Of a stretch of DNA of 64,000 nucleotides, positions 48,050 to 58,382 are shown in pieces. Position 1 is the first letter of the stretch. Every line of letters starts with the position of its first letter. The notes beneath the pieces are model-generated. The model was not told where the DNA came from, made no database searches, and saw only the letters and a program-made list of their open reading frames with translations. A program made the position numbers and the translations under genes. This stretch comes from a virus: positions 24,525 to 88,524 of the IMG/VR virus record IMGVR_UViG_3300043640_000137. One strand, written 5' to 3'.

Positions 48050-48733
48050 TCATGCTGCCTTCTTCCCTTCCCAGAATTGGGTACTATGTCCTTCCCACCG
48101 CCGGTCCCATACGAACCAGGAGAAGTTGTGCCGCGGCCCGGCGTCGGGCCTATTCGGGTCAAGACCAGCTTTCACCCGTCGCTGCCGCTTCTGATCTTCG
48201 GTCAGCCACCAGTCCCATCGCGGCCGGCTGGTCAGCACGATCTCGAAAGCGAACGGCACCTTCTTGAATGGGCCGAAGGGCTGACGATCGAAGTAGCTCC
48301 GGCGCTTGCCGGCGTGATTGACCTCACCGCGAAGCAGCGCAGCGACTGTCTGCACCTTCGGCATCGACAGGGCGTGCTCGATGAACTCGTCTTGCAGATT
48401 GTACGGAGGGTTCATGACAATCGCTTCGACGCCTGGATCGAGCAGTTCGTCGTTCAAGAAGTCGCGAGCGCCAGCCGCGCGCACTGGATAGAGCGTTTCG
48501 TCGAAGTCGCTCATGTCGAGGTCGCAGGCGATGATGTCGCTGTAGGCGATGCCGTCGTCTTCCACGAGCACGTCGATGATGTCGCCACGGCCGCATGCCG
48601 GTTCGAGGATCAGCATGCCGGGCAGGTTGAGGCGGCGCATCAATGCGCGGGTCATCCAGTGCTCGGTGTAATACTTCTCGCCTTCGTTGCGCTCGAAGGC
48701 ACTCTGCACCATCGCCTTGTCGCGCGTGATCAT
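48050..48733 (-). CDS. DNA adenine methyltransferase
   Basis: 'YYTE', 'LEPACGRG', 'MNPPY'. Confidence 0.85.
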   Translation of the reverse strand: MITRDKAMVQSAFERNEGEKYYTEHWMTRALMRRLNLPGMLILEPACGRGDIIDVLVEDDGIAYSDIIACDLDMSDFDETLYPVRAAGARDFLNDELLDPGVEAIVMNPPYNLQDEFIEHALSMPKVQTVAALLRGEVNHAGKRRSYFDRQPFGPFKKVPFAFEIVLTSRPRWDWWLTEDQKRQRRVKAGLDPNRPDAGPRHNFSWFVWDRRWEGHSTQFWEGKKAA

Positions 48734-50360
48734 TCGTCGTCTCCGTCACCGAAGGCGGCGTTGGTCGTCCCCATTTCGTGGAGCGGGACAGTGCGCGTTA
48801 CGTATCCAGGGCCTCGGTTGCCGCTCGGGCCACGCTTCACGCCTGCCGGCGGCGCTGGACGTGGCTGAGGCGCAGCGACGGGCTGTGCTGGTGCAGCGGG
48901 CGTCGTCACGGGATCGGTGGAACCTTGCTGCACGGCAGGACGGCCCTCATCCGCTGCGATGGCTGCTGTATCGGCGATCAGGTTGAGCATCTTCGCGAAG
49001 CGCGCCGGCTCAGATATCAGCGCGCCTACCATCGCCTCGTGCTCAGCCGTGGCGTTTTCAGGCATACCGGCGACCGCAGTCAGAAGCTCGACGCGGACCT
49101 CGTGCTTAACGGCATCGGCTTGCGACGCGAAGTCGCTCGTCGAACCGTCTGGGTTTTTCACCCGATAAACCTGGACAGCCTCGACCATGATCAGTTCAGC
49201 CGTGATCCTGGCACCGGGACCGCGAGTGCGAAGTCGTCGATTGGATCAGGCTGCGCGGATTGATCGACGGTGCTCAGCACAGCGATCCCGTGATCGATGT
49301 AGGCGCAGTCGAGGCCCGTCGAGCCGTCGCCGAAGGTCTTCAGCGGATCGAGGCCGAATGGTGCGACGATGGCGGGCCACAGCGCCCGCGTGGCTTCGCG
49401 AAGCAGTGCCTGCCGAGCCGCGACAAGCTGCTGGTGCTTCATGTCGAGCAGTTCCATGTCTTCCTTGAACTCATGCACGAGACCGTGGAACGCCTTGGCG
49501 GCGTCGAGCGCCATGCCAGTCAAAAGAAACGTCTTTGGATTACCCACGATCGTTCTCCCTCTTCTCAGTCTGCAAGACGCTATCGACGATCTGCTCGGCC
49601 TGCTCCCGCGACATCTCAGGGTGCGCAAGCATGATCTCACCCACCGCCCACGACCGACGTGTCTCGTCCGTGTTGCCGCCCTTGGAGATCGCGTTGAGCC
49701 GGCGCTGGGCCATCCCGAGTTGCGAGAAGGTGAGTCGCGTCTGCGTCATTTGTCGGACCTCGGGATCGGTGGGATGTCGAGCAGTGATGCAGCAATCGTC
49801 TTCCGGCTGGACCGGCGCTTCGGAAGGGAAGGGCTGCCGTGGTTATCGTCGCCGCGGTAATCGAGTGCGCGCTCGCGTTGCTCGGGCGTTAGCGTCGCCA
49901 GGAAACCAGTCTTCTCGGCGAGCACCTGCGGCTTGCGCTTCTCTCGCTCGATGGCGAGGTTGATGATCTCAGCGCTCCGCGTGCCGGCGATCATCTGCTA
50001 CCCCTTGACGGCCATGCCGCCGATTGGCTCGCGGCGTGCGGGCTGCGACGGCTGTTGCGGGGAAAGCTCTTCGTCTGGGACCAGCATGTCCATGACGACC
50101 AGGACGTGTGGCGTGCCGACGCCGGCACCGCCCATGACAACGAACGGCTCGCATGTGTGCAGACGCCAGTTCGCCTTGCCGTGCTCTTTCAGCAGGGCTT
50201 GAAGCTCTTCTGGCGATGTGAGGAAGGTGAGATAGTCGTAAGCCATACCAGGGAACTTATAGAGCCATTCCCCGGCTGTCAAGCTACTTTATATAGCTGT
50301 CGAGGGTCTTCCCAATAAGGTTGAGCCCCGCACGGGTATCAGCCGCACGAGGCTCGAATT

Positions 50361-50508
50361 AGAAGGCACCCTGCTTCTTGCTATCATAAAAGCTATTGCC
50401 CTCTCTGAAACTGCGCATTGTCACTTATGCTATCAAAACAGATTTTGCGCAGCTTCAGAGAAGGCGGGAGCGCAGAGACACTTGCTATCAGGCGTGCAGT
50501 TGCTCCCG
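50361..50508 (-). ncRNA. TIGR-like stem-loop guide array, three tandem units
   Basis: On the - strand each unit reads stem-GCAA-N9-TGATAGCA(A/T)-N9-(T/C)G-stem; units at 50465-50508, 50403-50460 and 50361-50404. Confidence 0.85.
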
Positions 50509-50523
50509 GTTCTCCTACGCCTT

Positions 50524-51132
50524 TCAGCGTATATCTTTCGCCTGCTTGATGATCTTCTCGACCGCCTTTGCGGTGAACTCCTGCGAGACGCGGCTCTCGG
50601 AGTCCGGCAGGCCCGCGCACAGTTGCTCGGCGATAAAGCTGTGCTCGCGGCCTCGACGGCCCCACGCCTTCAGCTTCTCTTGCGTCATGTCGCCGATGTA
50701 GCAGTCGAAGTCCGCGATCTTGTAATCGACGAACCATGCGAGCGCCGTCGTAGCGCCCTGCGTGTGCGCCACTGCTGCCGCTGCCTTAGCACCGCGCGTA
50801 GCTGCTGCCGTCGATTGGCCGCGGGCCTTGCCACGACGAGGGCCTGACTGCCGGGGTGTCTGCGCCGGGTTCAACTCCGTCTCGCGGGCGTCCATCTTCC
50901 TACCGGCCATGCGGGTGATCACGCCCAGGAAGTCGTCGTCGATCTTCAGCGCTTGCGGGCACTGGTCGATGATGGCGACCGCAAGGTTTGCTGGCGACCG
51001 GCTGTTTTCAAGTTCCTGATCGACGAGGTTACGGAGCATCGACTCCGCGTTCTCACGCGCTTTCTGCGCCGTCGATTTCTCCGCACGATGGGCGCGCTCG
51101 ACAGCGCCCGCATTCTCTATACTGGTCTGCAT
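50524..51132 (-). CDS. Hypothetical protein embedded in the TIGR-like locus
   Basis: 202 aa; RBS GAGAGG; guide-like units on both sides. Confidence 0.7.
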   Translation of the reverse strand: MQTSIENAGAVERAHRAEKSTAQKARENAESMLRNLVDQELENSRSPANLAVAIIDQCPQALKIDDDFLGVITRMAGRKMDARETELNPAQTPRQSGPRRGKARGQSTAAATRGAKAAAAVAHTQGATTALAWFVDYKIADFDCYIGDMTQEKLKAWGRRGREHSFIAEQLCAGLPDSESRVSQEFTAKAVEKIIKQAKDIR

Positions 51133-51162
51133 AACTTAGCCTCTCGTTGCTTTACACACTGG

Positions 51163-51879
51163 TTAAAAAAAAAAAGTGGAAGGCGCGGAATCTGTTGCTA
51201 TCAGCGTAATCTTGAAGTAGAGCACAGCGAGCTTGTTGCCCGGTCGCATCGCGGCGCCCTCACCATCGTCAGCCCGCGCGTAGCTGTTCTTCGGTGCGAG
51301 GCCGATGTAGCGGCGCAGTCCTTGCGGCGTGGTCTTCTCGACCGTGCCGTCTTCGAGTTCGAACTGCCGCGGATCACCGAGCAACCCGAGGATACATCCG
51401 TACCCGTAGAGGCTGACGCCCTTGGTAGCGTCGATCCAGCCGTCGCCCGCCCATCCAGCGCAATCGCCACCGGGGAGCTTTGCGACGATCTTCTCCATGG
51501 CGCGACGCGACTTCTTCTCGGCCGCGATCAGTCCGTCGATCGCCGGCTGTGACGCGCGCATCATCTCCGCCGTAGCTTCGTCCATCTCTTCGCCGCCGGG
51601 GAGTCCCATCGGCTCACCTTTTTCGTATCGAGCGAGCGATTCCTCGACCTGTTTGAGCTTCGTCTTGCGCTCGTCGTCCGGCAGGAACGCGTTGTAGCCG
51701 ATCTGGAACGCAACGAAGGATTCGTTCTGATTGATGAGGCGCATCCGCGCAACTTCCGCGCGCTTGTTAAGCCGATACCAGCGCTGAAGGTCTTCGAGTT
51801 GCGCCGTGAACGGCAGCCCCTCGATCGCCGCGGGCTCGGGCTTCACAACTTCCAACTTCGGCTTGCGCTTGGTGGGCAC
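51163..51879 (-). CDS. Nop-domain / IS110-like RNA-binding protein (TasA-like), probably C-terminally truncated
   Basis: GTG start with RBS GGAGAG; coiled coil, then 'KGVSLYGYGCILGLLGDPRQF..GLRRYIGLAP' (IS110 Transposase_20/Nop signature). No DEDD RuvC or HNH domain is visible. Confidence 0.75.
   Translation of the reverse strand: MPTKRKPKLEVVKPEPAAIEGLPFTAQLEDLQRWYRLNKRAEVARMRLINQNESFVAFQIGYNAFLPDDERKTKLKQVEESLARYEKGEPMGLPGGEEMDEATAEMMRASQPAIDGLIAAEKKSRRAMEKIVAKLPGGDCAGWAGDGWIDATKGVSLYGYGCILGLLGDPRQFELEDGTVEKTTPQGLRRYIGLAPKNSYARADDGEGAAMRPGNKLAVLYFKITLIATDSAPSTFFF
51176..51215 (-). ncRNA. Partial TIGR-like unit overlapping the 3' end of the Tas-like gene
   Basis: AGATTACGC-TGATAGCAA-CAGATTCCG-CG-CCTTCCAC; the left stem is missing. 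Confidence 0.65.
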
Positions 51880-51904
51880 TTGGCTCTCCGTTTCAAAAAA
51901 GATC

Positions 51905-51946
51905 GAACGCAGTCTACAAATTGCTATCACATGACATATTGCGTTC
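51905..51946 (-). ncRNA. TIGR-like unit in the 5' leader of the Tas-like gene
   Basis: GAAC-GCAA-TATGTCATG-TGATAGCAA-TTTGTAGAC-TG-CGTTC. Confidence 0.85.
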
Positions 51947-51955
51947 TTGAAAGAG

Positions 51956-52000
51956 AGCTTATGAAATATTTCCGTCCCTGTCAAGCTACTTTATGTAGCT
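51956..52000 (-). promoter_or_regulatory. Sigma70-like promoter with operator, driving the TIGR-like locus
   Basis: TTGACA-N17-TAAGCT with AGCTAC-N5-GTAGCT abutting the -35 box. Confidence 0.75.
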
Positions 52001-53608
52001 AAAATCCTATTCTCGAATGTGCCATCCGCAGCGCGCGATACTGGTCTTCGCGCCACGTCCAGTGTGCAATCGAGACGACGGCCTCGATCTCGAGTCCTCG
52101 TAGCGTCTGTTCATCGTACGCGAACACGGCGCGCGGAGCTTTGTCAGCGTGGTCCCGACACCAATCGTCAAACTGCCGACGCGTGCCGGCGATGACCGCG
52201 ATCTTCGCCGTGCTCATCCGAGCTTGATCCTATCAGCTATGCGGTTGAGCCCGAAACGGTATAGGCGACGGCGCGCCCTGAACATGATCTTCCACCACGC
52301 CCACCGCAGCGGAGGCAGCAGATCGGGCTCTTGTGGCTTGGGATCGGGCCGCGCGCGGCGCTGGTAGCACGACTCCATGTACCCGCATTCGCATCTTTCA
52401 GCGAAGCGACGGCACTTAGGACAGAAGGTAAGCGGGACCGCGATCTTGCTCATAGGCTGCGGAGCCTCTTAATGAAGGACTCGGCACCCGTGTTATACAT
52501 TTTCGAGAACAACCGGCGCTTCCACAGATTGCGCACGTCCATAGTCCATTCGTCATCGGGGATCGCGTGACCAAGCTCTTTCTCGGCCTGGGCGCGGATG
52601 TAGTCTAGTGGATCGCTCATGCGGAAGCGCCGGTCCAACGGTCATGGATTTGGATTAGCGAAACGATCACGCGATTGTCGTAGGTGTCACGGCATTCCAT
52701 GTCCTGTAACGACCCGTCTTGCTGATAGATGCGATACCATATGCGCCCGTCTCGACCTTTGATCTTCGAGAAGTCGTAAGGATCGCAGCGTTCGTATTCG
52801 TCAATCTTCTTCGTCATCGCCCGCCTCGTAAGCAATGCAGTCGCAGCTTTCACATGCCGTCGATCCGGGATACTTCGTGGCCGTGTTCTTCTTCACTGTG
52901 TCCGCATTCGCAAGCCATGATCTATCCCTTAGTCGAAGCTCGGGTAGCCGGCGTCGATCACGGCGTACTCGATACGGTTGGCGACCACTTCGAGCGCGTC
53001 GCCGATAGTCACGATATCCTCACTGTCTTCCTTTGATTCTCGGGCGACGTCCCTGAGTATGTCGCGCACGATCTTCAGCGCGTCGTATGCGTCCATCATG
53101 ATTCGTCTTCCACCTTCTTGACCCATGTATCGGAATCGGGCTCGTAGACGTACCCTTCCCGCTTCAGCCTTTCGATGGTGTCGCGCTCCCGATGAGCGGC
53201 GTGTGCCATCTGCCGAAGATAGTCGGAGAGCTTCGCGGTGAACGTCATGCTTCGGCTTCCGTGGCCTCTTCTAGGACGTTCGCGGGCATAAGCATCGTCA
53301 CGTCAGCGACTCCAATTCCTTGATGCGCTTCTCCAAGCGCTCCATGTACTCGGCCGCTTGGCGCAAGCCCGGCGGGTTGCCGCCGTGAACTCGAAGCGCC
53401 TGCTTGACTGTCTCGACATGCGCCGGATCGACCTTGAATGACTCCGCGGGCACGCTACCGGCCACAATCCGAAGCCCGCGCTTTTCGAGATGATGCCGGA
53501 CGTTGAGTGCCGTCACCCGGCCTTCACCGTCGCACACAGCGTCGGACAGCGCCTCGTTGATGTCGTCGTCCATGACCGCGATTGCGTCTTCGTTAGCCAT
53601 CTTAACTC

Positions 53609-53794
53609 CTACCGATAAAGTTGAATGTGCGTGGTCTGCAAACCCGCAACGCCGTGGCCGAGACGCGTGAGCCATGTCTGGAACTCCTCGATCGACAACG
53701 AGTGCGCTTCACACGCCGCCTCGATCGAGATCGCACCATCCTGAACTGACTTAACCAGTTCCGCTTTCCGCCGTGCCGTCCACCGCTTTTGCAT
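53609..53794 (-). CDS. sciP: SciP-like CtrA inhibitor (DUF1153)
   Basis: 'RWTARRKAELV..V.DG.ISIE.AC..HSLSIEEF.TW..HGVAGLQTT.IQ.YR' matches the SciP pattern along its length. Confidence 0.85.
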   Translation of the reverse strand: MQKRWTARRKAELVKSVQDGAISIEAACEAHSLSIEEFQTWLTRLGHGVAGLQTTHIQLYR

Positions 53795-54965
53795 GATGTA
53801 ACCTATGAACGAACTTTCCGTGACTGTCAAGCTACTTTATGTAGCTGTTTTATTGTTTTCCCCAAGACCTGACGATAGCCATGACCGCTTCTCTCGCCTC
53901 TGGGCATCCATCCCTGCACGCCCTCGTCATGACGTAGATCATGGCCGCGCTATCGTTCGGGAAGACGCGGCTCGCCCCATGGAACTCAGCGTCAGCATCA
54001 TCCTCACGCGGAGCGATATCACGGTTCGCGTGAAGTTCGAGGATCGGCTCTTTCTCCGTGCCGATGTTCACGACATCCCAATGCACGCGGTACGGATCGT
54101 GAGACGGCACCGGACGCCGGCTGAGATGAAGCGGTGACTGCCTGATCTTCATCGGTGCTTACTCACGTTGCTGGGATCGAAGTTCATCTGGTAGCCGGCG
54201 ACGTATGGCGTCACGCCGATCCAATCTGGATACACGGAGCCGCCACAGCCCGACACCGGCCCGACGGCGGTGATCCTGCCGACTCCATAGCCGGGCACGC
54301 GCACTTGCTCACCGAGGATGATTTCGTCAAAGGCAATCACTTCAAGCCTCCATAAAGTAGGATCGCGGTCGTCAAGCCGCCGATGAGAATTATAATCGCC
54401 GCGAGATGGTAGTACCTCATTTTTGCGCTCTCGCTCCTGGGCATTCGTTGCTCATTCGCCTGGCCGGATTCGGTGGAACCTTGCCGCACGGTGCCTCGCT
54501 GCTTGTCGAAGCCAAGTCGCAAACCGTTCTGCGTCTACCACCAGCGGCGACTTCTCAGCGAGCCACACGGCTAGCAGGTCCATGTAGCTGTTGCCCTTAC
54601 CCAGGTGCGATACTGCGTGCGCAAGGACTCGGCGCTCGATGTCGGCGAAGTCCGCGTCGATGATTACGATACGCGGCTGTTCCCGGCCGGCTCGGTGGAA
54701 GCGGCTCTGCGATTGGATGATGTCGAGGGTTATCGCGTCGAGGGCTTGCTTCTGGTGCGGAAGCAGACGGCCGGTAGGGCTCTGCCCGGAATCGGTGGAA
54801 CCTTGCTGCACGGCGAGATTGGATTCGGTGGAACCTTTCTGCACGCCGCCTAGCAAAGCGGCATAGAGATCGCGCACCAGCATCTCAGTGATCAGCGGCA
54901 GCCGCGCCCTCTCTTCCGCGTCGAGCAGGCACCACGCATTGGCCCGCCCCAATAGCTGCTTCATG

Positions 54966-55409
54966 TCAGCCATAGACGATATCCTTCAGAGCGACGCATT
55001 GCAGAAACACATCGGCCGTGGTCGCGTCTTCGTTGTCGTTGAGGAAATCGCCGAAGTGCTGGCCGTACTTCTCCGCCATGAGCTTCAGCCCGACCTTGAA
55101 ATCCGCTTGCGTGATGCGTCGGCTTTGCGGCTCGCCCTCTTCGTTGTACTCGCCGACTTCGATCTCGAAGAGGCTGCCATCGCCGAACAGCGCCGGGCAG
55201 TCATACCAGTTGTCTGACTCGGAGTCAGCCTCCGCCGCTGCAACAGCCTCCCGCCCCGATAAAACTTCGGAGAAGTGGTTGCCGGGCTCCCATCGAAGCA
55301 ACAGCACGCTTCTGCACCAGTAGTTGCTTCCGCCTTCGATTGCCGTGACCATAAGGTCTGCAATGCGTCGCGGCGCGATCTCGATCTCAATTTTCATTTG
55401 CTGCTCCAA
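54966..55409 (-). CDS. Conserved acidic phage early protein
   Basis: 'TAIEGGSNYW' and C-terminal 'DATTADVFLQ..DIVYG'. Confidence 0.6.
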   Translation of the reverse strand: MEQQMKIEIEIAPRRIADLMVTAIEGGSNYWCRSVLLLRWEPGNHFSEVLSGREAVAAAEADSESDNWYDCPALFGDGSLFEIEVGEYNEEGEPQSRRITQADFKVGLKLMAEKYGQHFGDFLNDNEDATTADVFLQCVALKDIVYG

Positions 55410-57950
55410 CTGTTCATCCCTTCGGGCGCGTCGATGCCATACCCGCCACGCTCCACTTTATCCTTGTCGGGAAGCTGGGCGATATACGCCTCGGCTTCGG
55501 CAATGGTGCCAAAGCGCTTTAGCACCGTGAACCCTTCGCTCTCTTCGTCAACCACGAACACGGGTTTAAGCGTCATTTGCTGCTCCCATTTATCGAGCCA
55601 ACCTTTTTGGTCCGCTTCCCTAAGCACGTACTCCACCATGTAGGCGAGGTATCCTGCGTCGTTCTCTTGCCCGAGCTTGGCGTTGATGCGCTCCATGCTC
55701 GGCTTAATGATCTCGGACACGCAGCGAGCATTAAACCGGCGGAGTGGCGTAGGGTGATCGGCCTTGCGGCATTCCTTAAAAATCGCGACCGCTTTGTCGA
55801 TCTCATCCTGGGTCAGGAAGTCGTCCAACGTCACTTGCTTGTCTGCCATACTTTCTCTCCCAATGAAACTCTCTAGCCAGCTACTATACGCCCTGGCCGG
55901 AATCGGTGGAACCTTGCTGCACGCGAGCGACAAACGCGTCCAGCCCTCTTCGCTTCTTGCGCGCGGCGGCGCTGTGCCTCGCCTGCGTGCGCTTTTTTAT
56001 CTTAGCTTCATGCGCCGCTAAGTGCGCGGCTACGGCCCTCTCCTGCTCTTGATCTTGCACTAGAAAAGCTCCGCTAACTCTTGCTTCAACTTCGCGTCGT
56101 CGTCCTGCACGGGCTCCGCCTTGCGCTTACGCTCGCGATCCTCGGCGTCGATGGCTTTGCAGAACGCGATCCAGTTCGCTTCGGCACGCTGAAAGCACAA
56201 CACGTCATCGGGATTATGCCGCGAACTCGGCGCATAGAACTCAGTGGGCTTAGCCACGGGCCGGCTCCGATTCGGTGGAACCTTGCTGCACGGCGGCGCC
56301 GTGATCATGCTCGATGCCGTAGGGCGCAAGGCACACTTGAAGGAAGCCATTCGTCTGCCGGCTGACGTTCGCGCACACCTTGCCGAGCACTGGCGCCAGC
56401 GCCTCGCGGCATGCGGCCTCAAAGCAATCGTCACACATTCCGACTTCCTGGGTCTGGCATGTGACGTGCTGCTCGCCGCAGACTTCGCAATAGGGTAGGT
56501 CCATCACACAGACTCCTTTGCAACCGTCTCCGATTCGGTGGAACCTTGCTGCACGGTGTCCTTCGGAAGCAAAGGAAGGTCGATAAAGCCGGGCCGCGCG
56601 TCAGGCGCTTTGAATAGCTCCCAATCTCCGGCCGCGAGGCGGAAGGCGCTGACGGAGCCGTGAGCGAGGTCAAGCTCTATCAGCGTGCGCCGTATCAGCC
56701 CGTAGCCCGGCATCTTGTCTGCCGATATCCCAAGGCGGACGAAGCCCTGAGACTCAAGCTGCGATGGATCGTAGCTCTTCGGGCCAGAGTAAAGCGTCGT
56801 GTGGCCTTGCTCGCGGGCGCGCTCGAACATCGCGTCCATCTTGGCGTTGCGGCGCTGGGCGCCGGTCATTGTCCGCCAGCCTGGGAACTTAGACATTGAC
56901 CGTCTCCGATTCGGTGGAACCTTGCTGCACGGCGGATACGCTCATATCGAACGCTCCTTCTGTTTGGCCAGCCAATCGAACCACGCCAACGCGCTCTGGA
57001 CGGTTCTGTAGCGACCGCCGTTGCAGTGGCAGGCTTGCGGCTCCCAACCGGCGAAGTCATAGTTGCCCTCGGTCGCTGTCCGGTAGCGCACAGATAAGCG
57101 CCTCTCCCAACAAACCATATCCTCGGGTATCCACTCTTCGCGCTCTTGCCCGTCAGAAGTGATAACCGCAAGGCTGGCGTTTAAGTACCTGACCGCCTCG
57201 AACCCCGCGCGCTGCATCGCTTCAAGATGCGAGGGCGGGAGCACCGGGACGGCCGTCGCTTTGCGTTTGCTCATGGCTCAGCCCTCGATCTTGGCAAGGA
57301 TGGTGCGCAGGATCGCGCGGTCGGGATCACTTGGATGCTCAATCTGCGGAACGCATCGCCGCACCCAGGCCGCAAGCTCGCGCAGCGTCGCCGCGTCGAG
57401 CGTGACATTGCCGCGTGGATCACGCGTGAAGATATCGTGGCCGATGCGGATGTTCCCGCTATCGCGCACGGAGTAAACCAAGTCGTGGTATCGGGCGTCC
57501 CGCTTGTCGCGCTCTTTGCGCGCCGCAGCAAGATCGTCGGTTGTGAACCGAGTGCGCGTCCATTCTGACGCCGCGATGTGCCGATGGCAGAGAACGTATT
57601 GACCGCTCATTTGTCGCTCCCATTCGCCTTCGGCTCGGGCTTCGCGGATTCGGTGGAACCTTGCTGCACGTCTTCGTCTTCATCGCTTTCGGGATGGTGG
57701 ACGAAGACCCAGGCCGAGACCCAAACGCCTTCCTCGGTGTAGCTGTAGAGCGGCGCGTCATCGATCTCTAAGTCGTCATTGACGGCGACTTGCTCGGCGT
57801 ACTCGGGATACTTGTCACCGTAGGTTGCGAGGATCGTGAGAACCTCAGCTTGCGTCAGGCCCGAGCCCAACGCTTCGCGCACCATGCTTTTCAAGCGGTC
57901 ATTGTCAGCCATTCGATCGACTCCTGATTCGGTGGAACCTTGCTGCACGC

Positions 57951-58382
57951 TCAGCGATACCAATATTGCACGCCGTCGAAATCGACTTGCTGATAGTCCA
58001 TCTTCAATTCGTCCGCCGCGCGGTCCCAATCGATGTAGGACAGCGGCCATTGCGCGTCGCGGCCGATGGCGCCGATGTCTTCGGCATGCTCTTGGGCATA
58101 GTCTTGGAAGGATGAGTCCCGGATGAGCGTGACCGGATACCAAGCGCCGTTCCATTCGTGATCGCCGCCATTGCCGCGAAGCTCATCCAGAAGCGCGGTC
58201 AGATTGGCGCGCTCTTGCGCCTCGTCAGTCAGGTCAACGCCTTCGACGCCGGACACTTCGCCTTCGCCGCCGATTGACGATTGCGCCGAAAGGTCTTCAA
58301 GCTCCGTTCCGATTTCCTCGACGCGTGCAATCACGTCGCGCACGTCGATATAGCCTTCGGAATTACTAATGCTATCAGCCAT
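57951..58382 (-). CDS. Acidic ArdA-like antirestriction (DNA mimic) protein
   Basis: Very acidic; 'FQDYAQEHAEDIG..YIDWDRAADELKMDY' resembles the ArdA C-terminal domain. Confidence 0.55.
   Translation of the reverse strand: MADSISNSEGYIDVRDVIARVEEIGTELEDLSAQSSIGGEGEVSGVEGVDLTDEAQERANLTALLDELRGNGGDHEWNGAWYPVTLIRDSSFQDYAQEHAEDIGAIGRDAQWPLSYIDWDRAADELKMDYQQVDFDGVQYWYR

Noticed and set aside
50465-50508. Self-targeting by unit C spacers (CTGCACGCC near the repeats; GTGTCTCTG at 60876)
   Set aside because: The matches are isolated 9-mers, expected by chance in 64 kb of GC-rich DNA, and are not adjacent as a paired target.
51163-51879. IS110 insertion sequence
   Set aside because: There is no N-terminal DEDD RuvC domain or element ends. 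The associated dual-spacer units fit a TIGR-like locus better.
51884-51957. Extended stem sequestering the tas-like RBS
   Set aside because: The pairing partner overlaps the predicted -10 region and start site, so it is probably not in the transcript.
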